This document shows positions 24,510 to 32,000 of a DNA stretch of 32,000 nt, piece after piece (the first letter of the stretch is position 1; each line of letters starts with the position of its first letter). Both the position numbers and the translations under genes were made by a program. This DNA comes from Psychrobacter sp. HD31 (lineage in GTDB: Bacteria > Pseudomonadota > Gammaproteobacteria > Pseudomonadales > Moraxellaceae): positions 300,001 through 332,000 of the forward strand of contig NZ_CP142525.1 of assembly GCF_051097895.1 (NCBI RefSeq), read 5' to 3'. The notes beneath the pieces were generated by a model. The model saw only the letters and a list, made by a program, of their open reading frames with translations. It was not told the DNA's origin and did not search any database.

Positions 24510-27500
24510 ATGTCTTCAAATTATACAGTATCTCCTTGGTTAACTTATTTCACACCTCGTCCACATGCCAAAGTGCGTTTATTTTGTATCCCTCATGGTG
24601 GCGGCGGTGCGCAAAATTTTAAAGATTGGGCAGAGTCATTGCCAGAATTTATAGAAGTGGTTGCGTTAAGCTTCCCTGGTCGGGGTAGTCGACACGCTGA
24701 GCCCGCCATTCACTCAATGGGTGAACTTGTTAATGAGATTGTTAATGCAATCACGCCGTTTTTAGACAAACCTTATGCCTTTTTTGGGCACAGTGTTGGT
24801 GCTTTAGTGGCATATGAGGTTGTTTGCCGTATTGAGCAAGCAAATCAAACAGAAGGCACAACCTTAAAGTTGCCCATGCGTCTTATTACCTCAGCGCATG
24901 AAGTGCCCGCAGAGTCGCATGCTGATACACCCATGTATCAATTATCGGATGCTGAGTTACTCAACAAAATTGGTGAACTTGGTTTGGTGCCAGACGAGGC
25001 ATTGCAAAACAAAGAGTTAGTCGATTTTATTTTACCGCCTTTACGGGCAGACTTTGAGGTGTCAGAAACTTATCAATGGCAAAAGGCTGAGCCATTAACC
25101 GTACCGATTACCGCAACATTGGGAGATAAAGATACCTTATTAACCGAACAAGATATGCATAGCTGGCGTGCTTATACCTGTCGTGATTTTGCTTTTAAAT
25201 GCTATGAGGGTGACCACTTTTATACAGTTTCTAAAATGTCTGAGCTGTTAGCAGATATCACCGGTGAGCTAGAGCAAGATTTAAACAATCAACCGTTATC
25301 TATGATGATGGGTGATAGCAGCCAGTATCCAGAAAAATGCTTGCATGAACTATTTAGAGAGCAAGCAAAACAACATCTAGACCGTATTGCCATTTGTGAC
25401 CCAGCTCAATCGCTCACCTTTAAGCAGTTAGATGAGCAAACCGATATTTTGGCAAGGGAGCTGCAAAAACGTGGGGTGGTGGTTGATAGTTTGGTTAGTA
25501 TCTTTATGGAAAGCTCTGTTGAATATGTGGTGGCGTATTTAGCCATCTTAAAAGCAGGCGGTGCTTATATGCCGTTAGAGGTTGCTTACCCAACAGATTT
25601 GCTAGAAAGAGTCTTAACCAAAACTCAACCGATTGCTATTTTAACAACGTCTGATTATGCACCACAGCTGCCAAAACAGTGGTTGGATGATGAGTGTGCG
25701 GTGAATTTAGATGGTGATTGGGTGTCGCCAATTTTAAATAAAATAGACGCTGGCGAATTGCCAGAGCTTGATAAAGACAGAGCGTTACCAACGCTTGATA
25801 GCTTGGCGTATTGCGTGATGTCATCTGGTACAACAGGTGAGCCTAAAGGCATTTTGTGTCCGCATCGGGGTGCTGTAAATTCTTATTATTGGCGTTATCG
25901 CAATCACCCTTATCAAAATGGTGAGAGAGAAGCGGCCAATGTGTTTTTTGTGTGGGAAGTGGTGCGTCCACTATTACAAGGCTATCCTGCTTATATTATT
26001 CCAGACAGTGTGATTTATGACCCTTGGCAATTGGTTGATTATCTTGAATCAAACGACATTACACGGGTGCTATTTACTCCATCATTGCTTGAGCAAATAT
26101 TAAATACACCAGACTTAGATTTAAGCAATCGCTTAGCCAAGTTGCAAATAGTTTGGCTAAATGGTGAGGTGGTACCAAGTGCCTTGTGTAAACGCTTTTT
26201 TGAAGTATTGCCAAATTGTCAGCTTATTAATGATTATAGTATCTCTGAAACCCACGATGTTTGTACACATGATTTAGCCACCTTAAATGATATGCACTCG
26301 CCAAAATTTGCACCTTTGGGGTTGCCAATGTCTAATGTACGCATTTATTTATTAGATGATAATTTGCAGCCTGTACCACAAGGTATCCCTGCAGAAGTTT
26401 ATGTGGCTGGCGACTCATTGGCACGTTGCTATTTGGGTGATCCTGACAAAACGGCCGAGCGATTTTTGCCTGACCCATTTGCTAAAAAATCAGCAGAGGA
26501 ATCTAATGAGCCGATTATGTTTAGAACAGGTGACATGGGGCGAATTTTGCCCAGTGGTGAGTTAGAAATTACTGGGCGTGTCGAGTTTATGATTAAACTA
26601 CGTGGTTATACCATTGTATTGGGGGCAGTTGAAACCTCAATTAATGCCCATGAGGGGGTGCATTCTTCTGCCGTTATTACCAAAGATAATGAGCAAACTG
26701 GTCAGCCAGAGGCATTGGTGGCTTATATTGTGAGCAATGCCACCATGGCAGATGATGCGCTAATTGCTGCTTTAAAAACGCATTTAAAAGGGCATTTACC
26801 ACAGTATGCCGTGCCCAGTTATTTTATGCCTATCAAAGCCTTGCCTTTGCATGCGGTAACGGGCAAGCTCGACCGAAAACAGCTACCTGAGCCAACAAAT
26901 ATACAAGCGACAACTTTAAATAATGATAGCAATGATACCGTTATGATGATGGCAAGCCCAACTGAACAAGTGATTTTGCAAGCGTGGCAAAAGCATTTGG
27001 GTGTTGCGGCCAGCTCATTAGCTGATAATTTTTTTGATTTGGGTGGGCATTCTTTACTAGCCATTCAGGTTTGTCGATCAATTTCTAATGAACTGGGCAT
27101 AAATGTTTCTGTCATTGATATTTTTACCAATCCTACCATTGCGTCTTTGGCAAGTGAGTTGGATGCAAAAATTAATCATGATGATAACGAACTAGAAGAA
27201 GCTGATATAACCGCCAACTCATTTAATGAAATAGGCGATACCTCAACCGAACTTGCTATTGTTGGTATGGCAGCACATTTCCCTGGGGCGGATAATATTG
27301 ATGAGTTTTGGGATAACTTGCGTAATGGGGTCTGCTCGATTAGAGAGCTAACCGATGAGGAGTTAGACAAAAACGGAGTGCCAAAGTCGGTATATAGCGA
27401 CGAAAACTACCGCAAAGTTGGTGCGGTGCTTGATAATGTGGATTATTTTGACCCTAAGTTTTGGCAACTAAGCAAAAAAGAAGCCGAAATCATGGACCCA

Positions 27501-30500
27501 CAACACCGCCTGTTTTTAGAAACCTGTTGGCATGCACTAGAACACGCTGGTTATGCCCCTAATGAAAATGGTCAGCGTACTGGTGTATTTGGTGGCTGTT
27601 ATTCACCTTTATATTTATTGCATAACCTAGCTGGTGGTGGCTTTATGGATGCCACCGACCCAATCGGTTATCACATGACCGAAACCGGCAATGATAAAGA
27701 CTACTTAACCACACGTGTGTCTTATTTATTAAATTTGCAAGGTCCGAGTATTGCGGTGCAAAGCTCTTGCTCAACAGCGTTGTCTGTGGTGGCAAGTGCC
27801 TGTGAATCTTTACAGACTCGCCACTGTGATGTTGCCTTGGCTGGCGCATCGAGCATTATCTTCCCACAAGCGGGCTATCAATATGTAGAAGGACATATCA
27901 ACTCAAAAGATGGCAAGATACGCACCTTTGATGCAAAGGCTAACGGCACGATTTTAGGCGATGGCGTTGGGGTAGTGGTTCTAAAACGCTTGGATGATGC
28001 CATCAACGCTGGCGATACAATTTATGCCGTGATTAAAGGTTATGCAAACAATAATGATGGTCATGATAAAACGGGTTATTCTGCTCCTAGCGTTAAAGGG
28101 CAAAAGGCAGTTATCACACGTGCTTTAGAGTCTGCCAAGGTTACAGCCGATAGTATCTCTTATGTAGAAGCGCATGGTACAGGCACCTTGATTGGTGATC
28201 CGATTGAAACCAAGGCTTTAACTGAGGTGTTTAGGCGTTATTCATCAGCGCAAAATTTTTGTGCTTTGGGGTCAGTCAAACCAAATATTGGGCACAGTAA
28301 TATTGCCGCAGGTATGGCAAGTTTAATGAAGGCAACATTAAGCTTGTATCACAAGCAAATACCACCAACGCTCAATTTTGAGTTGCCGAACCCATTAATA
28401 GATATTGAAAACAGCCCGTTTTACATCAATAACACATTAAAACCATGGCAAACAACACTAAATATGCCAAGGCGTGCAGGTGTGACTTGTTTGGGGATTG
28501 GCGGTACTAATAACCATTTTGTATTAGAAGAAGCACCGCAGTCACAAACTGGCTTAAATGATGATAAATTGCCTGATACTGCTATCGTAGAGGAGGCACG
28601 TAATCATCATTTATTGGTTGTGAGTGGCAAAACAGCGGCTGCTTGTCAGCGTAATCTGCAAAATTTAGCTGATTATTTGCAAAAGTACCCTGAGCTTAAT
28701 TTGCAAGATGTTGAATTTACGCTACAACAAGGGCGTTATCATTTTGAATATCGACGTGCTGTTTCTTGTATCAATGTTAAAGATGCCATTGCTAGTTTAC
28801 GTTTAGCAGCTAAGCAAACGTTAAATACGACTATCAACTTTGCTGTTAAAAAGCCTAGCGACAAGCAAGCGGTATCAGATATTAACACGGTATTTTTATT
28901 CCCCGGTCAAGGCTCGCAACACCAAAAAATGGGATATGACTTATATCACAATGAGCCTGTTTTTAAACGCCATTTTGACGAGTGTTGTCAGCTTTTACAG
29001 CCATTACTAAATATAGACATTCGTACACTTTTATTTGCAGATGATGATTCAGCCAAAGCAAAAGAAACCTTTAAATACGCTTATTATACCCAGCCAATGA
29101 TTGTGGCACATCAAATTGCGATGGCACGCACTTTAATGGATTGGGGCATTAAACCTGATGCGGTCGCAGGTCATAGCATTGGTGAATATACGGCTGCCTA
29201 TGTGGCAGGCATTTTTAGCCTAGAAGATACTTTAAGTTTGATTGTTGCCCGTGGGCGTGCCATGGAGCAAGCTGGCGAAGGGCGTATGCTGGCGGTTAAA
29301 ATGAGTGAGGCTAAGGCACGTAACTGGCTAATAACTCATCCAGATATTGCTTGTGATGTGGACCTTGGTGTGATTAATACACCCGAAAATGTGGTGCTAT
29401 CTGGCACTACTGAAGCCATCGAGCAAGTAAAAACTGCCTTGCAAAATGACGGTGTTGTTTGCCAAGCGGTGAATGTGCGTCAAGCGTTTCATTCAGCGAT
29501 GATGGATGAACCGTCAAAAGCACTGATTGACGCAGTAGCACCGCTAACTCGTAATATGCCAACCATCCCCATTATGTCAAATGTGACAGGTGTTTGGATG
29601 ACAGAACAGCAAGTGCATGATGATGCTTATTGGGCAGAGCACATGCGTGGCACGGTCAACTTTGCCAGTAATATTACCAATTTATTAAAACAGTCACCAA
29701 GTACCATTATCGAAGCCGGTGCCAGCACCATTTTAACCAAGTCTTTGCAGGCGTTCACAGCGGATATGCCAGTAGAAGAACAGCCCATGGTAACTGCGTG
29801 TGCCAGACACCCTAAAGATAATAGTACCCTAGACACTAAAGCATTAGATAATGCAATCAGTCAGTTGTGGATAGCAGGTCGTTATATAGATTGGTCACAA
29901 TATCGTGGTGATAAGGGTAACTATAGTGATGATGCCAACAGCCGACGCCCTGCACGCCGCATTGGGTTGCCTGGCTACGCCTTTGAGCCTGAAAGCTATT
30001 GGGTTAATGAAGGTGCCTTGGTTGCAGATAGTGCAAACAATATGCCAGTGGATGATAACGCCATGATTACCGATATGAGTCATCGAGGCTTTATTCCATC
30101 TTGGTCTTGCAGTGCTTTTGCGGTTGCTAATCAAGATTTATCAGACCAACGCTGGTTGATTGTGAGTAGCAATCAATCACAAAAAATTGATGAGTTGTGC
30201 CAATATGTGGTTAACCAATTACAGCAAGCAGGGGCAAAAGTGCGGGTGGTTGACCCAGCTCAGCTGCAACTGGATTCAGCCGTGGCTTATGCTAACTACT
30301 TGAACCAGTTGTCGGATAGTGGTGAGTTCCCTAATCGTGTGTTGTATTTAAACAGTTTAACGGCAGGTGACACCTTAGAGCTTACACAAGATGATAGCAA
30401 TGATAAACAAACACAGCTAGATGCAACTTATTACCCTACACTTTATTTTGCGCAAGGCTTGGCAACACAAGCTTGCCTTGATCCAATTGATGTGTGGATG

Positions 30501-31907
30501 CTGACGGATAGCACATTCCAAGTTAGTGATGAAGCTATTGACCCAATAAAATCAACCATGTTGGGCGCTGCCATTGTGTTGCCACAAGAGTACCCTCAGA
30601 TTGCGTGTCGTACCATTGATATCCGACCACAAATGATGGATAGCACCGCAGTTAAAAAACGTATTTTGGCAGAAATAAGTACAGCCAAGCCTGATAGCGA
30701 GCCATTTGTTGCTTTGCGTGGTTCAAAGCGTTGGGTTAAACGTTATGAAAATGCAACGATTCCTGCTGTCTCTTCAAATTGTGAAGAGGATAATAATGGG
30801 CAAGGTGCTATCAAAAAACAGGGCACGTATCTAATTACTGGTGGGCTTGGGCGTATTGCTCGTGAACTTTGTAAACACTTGGCTACACATAATACCAACC
30901 TTGTACTCACCACAACCAGAGAGTTCCCTGAAAAATCATCATGGCATACCCTTGCTGGTTTAAACGAGCAAGATGCTAATTTTAACCCACAAATGACACA
31001 AACAATTAAGCATTTGCTTCAGCTAGAGCAGGCTGGGGCAACTGTAAAAGTGGTTACCACAAGGTTGCACGAGCTAGACGCAGTGCAAGCCTTAGTTGAT
31101 GAAACGGTTAACGAGTTTGGTGGGTTAGATGGGGTTTTCCATTTGGCTGGATTGGCAGATTTACGCTATTTACCAGAAATTGATGTCGCTATTTCACAAA
31201 AAGAGTTTGAGCCAAAAATTGCTGGGCTACTCAATATCTCACAAACACTAGCAAGAGGTATTGAAACGCATCAAATCCAACCTGATTTTGTGATGTTGTT
31301 TTCATCTTTGGCATCCATATTAGGGGGCTATAGTATGACGGCCTATACCGCTGCCAACCGTTTTATGGACTCTTATGCGGCAGCTAACCCTTGGCGACAT
31401 GGCATCCGCTGGTTTTGTGTGAACTGGGATGATTGGGACTTTGACTATAGCAAAGAGCAAACAACCGCTTATGAGCAAACAGTTGCAAAATTTGCCATGC
31501 CAATAGCAGAGGGTATCGAGACCATAGAACGACTATTGGCGATGCCTGAACCACAACAGTGGCTGATATCTACCCGTCCATTATCACCAAGGGTAACCAA
31601 GTGGCTTCAGCAAAATAATCAAAATGAACCAGCCGATAATATGAAGCAGCTCGATGATGAACATCGAGAGATAGATGAGCGTGATTTATTGCTCCGTGTT
31701 TTGGCGGTTTATTGTGATGTGCTGAGCATGCCAAGTTACCAAGCAACAGATAACTTTTTTGCTGCTGGTGGTGACAGCTTATTGGCAAGTCAAATACTGT
31801 TGCAATTGCAACGAAACCTTGGCGAGTACAGAGAAAGTTTGACGCTGGCGAGTATATTCGATAATCCTACTCCGCAAGACTTAGTGGACTTTTTAGAGAG
31901 TAAATAA
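24510..31907 (+). CDS. Hybrid NRPS-PKS megasynthase, domain order TE(II-like)-A-T-KS-AT-KR-T
   Basis: Single 2465-aa ORF. All core motifs were read directly from the translation (see the domain sub-features). There is no condensation domain and no C-terminal release domain. Confidence 0.95.
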   Translation: MSSNYTVSPWLTYFTPRPHAKVRLFCIPHGGGGAQNFKDWAESLPEFIEVVALSFPGRGSRHAEPAIHSMGELVNEIVNAITPFLDKPYAFFGHSVGALVAYEVVCRIEQANQTEGTTLKLPMRLITSAHEVPAESHADTPMYQLSDAELLNKIGELGLVPDEALQNKELVDFILPPLRADFEVSETYQWQKAEPLTVPITATLGDKDTLLTEQDMHSWRAYTCRDFAFKCYEGDHFYTVSKMSELLADITGELEQDLNNQPLSMMMGDSSQYPEKCLHELFREQAKQHLDRIAICDPAQSLTFKQLDEQTDILARELQKRGVVVDSLVSIFMESSVEYVVAYLAILKAGGAYMPLEVAYPTDLLERVLTKTQPIAILTTSDYAPQLPKQWLDDECAVNLDGDWVSPILNKIDAGELPELDKDRALPTLDSLAYCVMSSGTTGEPKGILCPHRGAVNSYYWRYRNHPYQNGEREAANVFFVWEVVRPLLQGYPAYIIPDSVIYDPWQLVDYLESNDITRVLFTPSLLEQILNTPDLDLSNRLAKLQIVWLNGEVVPSALCKRFFEVLPNCQLINDYSISETHDVCTHDLATLNDMHSPKFAPLGLPMSNVRIYLLDDNLQPVPQGIPAEVYVAGDSLARCYLGDPDKTAERFLPDPFAKKSAEESNEPIMFRTGDMGRILPSGELEITGRVEFMIKLRGYTIVLGAVETSINAHEGVHSSAVITKDNEQTGQPEALVAYIVSNATMADDALIAALKTHLKGHLPQYAVPSYFMPIKALPLHAVTGKLDRKQLPEPTNIQATTLNNDSNDTVMMMASPTEQVILQAWQKHLGVAASSLADNFFDLGGHSLLAIQVCRSISNELGINVSVIDIFTNPTIASLASELDAKINHDDNELEEADITANSFNEIGDTSTELAIVGMAAHFPGADNIDEFWDNLRNGVCSIRELTDEELDKNGVPKSVYSDENYRKVGAVLDNVDYFDPKFWQLSKKEAEIMDPQHRLFLETCWHALEHAGYAPNENGQRTGVFGGCYSPLYLLHNLAGGGFMDATDPIGYHMTETGNDKDYLTTRVSYLLNLQGPSIAVQSSCSTALSVVASACESLQTRHCDVALAGASSIIFPQAGYQYVEGHINSKDGKIRTFDAKANGTILGDGVGVVVLKRLDDAINAGDTIYAVIKGYANNNDGHDKTGYSAPSVKGQKAVITRALESAKVTADSISYVEAHGTGTLIGDPIETKALTEVFRRYSSAQNFCALGSVKPNIGHSNIAAGMASLMKATLSLYHKQIPPTLNFELPNPLIDIENSPFYINNTLKPWQTTLNMPRRAGVTCLGIGGTNNHFVLEEAPQSQTGLNDDKLPDTAIVEEARNHHLLVVSGKTAAACQRNLQNLADYLQKYPELNLQDVEFTLQQGRYHFEYRRAVSCINVKDAIASLRLAAKQTLNTTINFAVKKPSDKQAVSDINTVFLFPGQGSQHQKMGYDLYHNEPVFKRHFDECCQLLQPLLNIDIRTLLFADDDSAKAKETFKYAYYTQPMIVAHQIAMARTLMDWGIKPDAVAGHSIGEYTAAYVAGIFSLEDTLSLIVARGRAMEQAGEGRMLAVKMSEAKARNWLITHPDIACDVDLGVINTPENVVLSGTTEAIEQVKTALQNDGVVCQAVNVRQAFHSAMMDEPSKALIDAVAPLTRNMPTIPIMSNVTGVWMTEQQVHDDAYWAEHMRGTVNFASNITNLLKQSPSTIIEAGASTILTKSLQAFTADMPVEEQPMVTACARHPKDNSTLDTKALDNAISQLWIAGRYIDWSQYRGDKGNYSDDANSRRPARRIGLPGYAFEPESYWVNEGALVADSANNMPVDDNAMITDMSHRGFIPSWSCSAFAVANQDLSDQRWLIVSSNQSQKIDELCQYVVNQLQQAGAKVRVVDPAQLQLDSAVAYANYLNQLSDSGEFPNRVLYLNSLTAGDTLELTQDDSNDKQTQLDATYYPTLYFAQGLATQACLDPIDVWMLTDSTFQVSDEAIDPIKSTMLGAAIVLPQEYPQIACRTIDIRPQMMDSTAVKKRILAEISTAKPDSEPFVALRGSKRWVKRYENATIPAVSSNCEEDNNGQGAIKKQGTYLITGGLGRIARELCKHLATHNTNLVLTTTREFPEKSSWHTLAGLNEQDANFNPQMTQTIKHLLQLEQAGATVKVVTTRLHELDAVQALVDETVNEFGGLDGVFHLAGLADLRYLPEIDVAISQKEFEPKIAGLLNISQTLARGIETHQIQPDFVMLFSSLASILGGYSMTAYTAANRFMDSYAAANPWRHGIRWFCVNWDDWDFDYSKEQTTAYEQTVAKFAMPIAEGIETIERLLAMPEPQQWLISTRPLSPRVTKWLQQNNQNEPADNMKQLDDEHREIDERDLLLRVLAVYCDVLSMPSYQATDNFFAAGGDSLLASQILLQLQRNLGEYRESLTLASIFDNPTPQDLVDFLESK
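24567..25274 (+). other. Domain: N-terminal thioesterase, type-II-like (PF00975-like)
   Basis: LFCIPHGGGGAQNF, GHSVGA (Ser95 codon 24792-24794), GDKD and GDHFY. This is the typical TEII motif order. Confidence 0.8.
25332..26894 (+). other. Domain: adenylation (A), non-canonical specificity pocket
   Basis: A1 LTFKQLDE, A2 LKAGGAYMPLE, A3 LAYCVMSSGTTGEPKG, A5-like NDYSISETHD, A7 FRTGDMG, A8 GRVEFMIKLRGYTIVLGAVE, A10 TGKLDRKQLP. The FDxS (A4) position reads NVFF. Confidence 0.9.
26952..27164 (+). other. Domain: thiolation/PCP (T1)
   Basis: FFDLGGHSLLAIQV, Ser848 codon 27051-27053. Confidence 0.9.
27246..28538 (+). other. Domain: ketosynthase (KS), Cys-His-His intact
   Basis: IVGMAAHFPGA, EAEIMDPQHRLFLE, QSSCSTAL (Cys1087 codon 27768-27770), VEAHGTGT, NIGHSNIAAG, GIGGTNNHFVLEE. 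Confidence 0.92.
28887..29789 (+). other. Domain: acyltransferase (AT), malonyl-type motifs
   Basis: FLFPGQGSQ, GHSIGEY (Ser1556 codon 29175-29177), a downstream Arg (ARGRAM), and QAFHS at the HAFH/YASH position, which is closer to the malonyl signature HAFH. The post-AT linker LPGYAFEPESYW follows. Confidence 0.85.
30117..31559 (+). other. Domain: ketoreductase (structural plus catalytic subdomains)
   Basis: Rossmann YLITGGLGRIAREL (from 30831) and the catalytic region FSSLASILGGYSMTAYTAAN. HLAGLADLRYL sits at the LDD-motif position with no Trp at the A-type position, a tentative B-type call. No DH or ER motifs (HxxxGxxxxP absent by eye). Confidence 0.8.
31677..31904 (+). other. Domain: C-terminal carrier protein (T2/ACP)
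   Basis: NFFAAGGDSLLASQIL, Ser2423 codon 31776-31778. The protein ends 42 aa later. Confidence 0.88.
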
Positions 31908-31977
31908 TTTGAGCTAAATGTTTTTTTATTAATGACTATATAATTTTTACATCAAAAAGGTGTTAAGGTTATTTATC

Positions 31978-32000
31978 ATGCAGTTGATAAGAAAAATACT
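31978..32000 (+). CDS. 5' end of a further ORF (MQLIRKI...) truncated by the window edge
   Basis: ATG at 31978 preceded by aagg (31965-31968), 70 nt after the megasynthase stop on the same strand. Only 7 codons are visible, so the product is unknown. Confidence 0.3.

Noticed and set aside
17944-31788. Track ORFs nested in mutT, the holD-like gene, the acyltransferase gene and the megasynthase (17944-18141, 18737-19081, 21826-22113, 22487-22678, 25636-25852, 26356-26565, 26819-27064, 27176-27370, 27643-27849, 29627-29836, 29895-30134, 31570-31788).
   Set aside because: Same reasoning: each is embedded in a motif-supported CDS on the opposite strand or in another frame.
1-32000. Scanned for CRISPR arrays, IS elements or transposases, integrases, toxin-antitoxin pairs and known defence-system gene types.
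   Set aside because: No spaced direct-repeat arrays, terminal inverted repeats or recombinase/nuclease/ATPase-type ORFs were found. All sizeable ORFs are accounted for by the features listed.

Overview
AT-rich (roughly 40% G+C by eye) gammaproteobacterial chromosome, with a Moraxellaceae-like feel (a guess from protein style, not a database result). Bases 1-21.4 kb hold core and envelope genes: class-I DAHP synthase, lpxB-rnhB, a lipoprotein alpha/beta-hydrolase, a second lipoprotein, an LplT-like MFS transporter, oversized tamA-tamB, a small Fur-box-preceded hemP absent from the ORF track, mutT, a holD-like gene, serC-gloB and tRNA-Asn(GUU). About 240 bp after the tRNA the content switches to a compact secondary-metabolite locus. 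It comprises a carnitine/choline O-acyltransferase-family gene (uncommon in bacteria as far as I know), a divergent Sfp-type phosphopantetheinyl transferase, and one 2465-aa hybrid NRPS-PKS. By motif reading the hybrid's domain order is TE(II-like)-A-T-KS-AT-KR-T, and a further ORF starts at the window edge. The A domain lacks the canonical Asp235 and has an aromatic/acidic pocket. One loading step, one malonyl extension and a ketoreduction, next to a carnitine-type acyltransferase, suggests thiotemplated synthesis of a carnitine-like 3-hydroxy onium acid. That is speculative but testable, and it is my lead candidate for something undescribed. No CRISPR arrays, transposases, integrases or obvious defence genes were seen.
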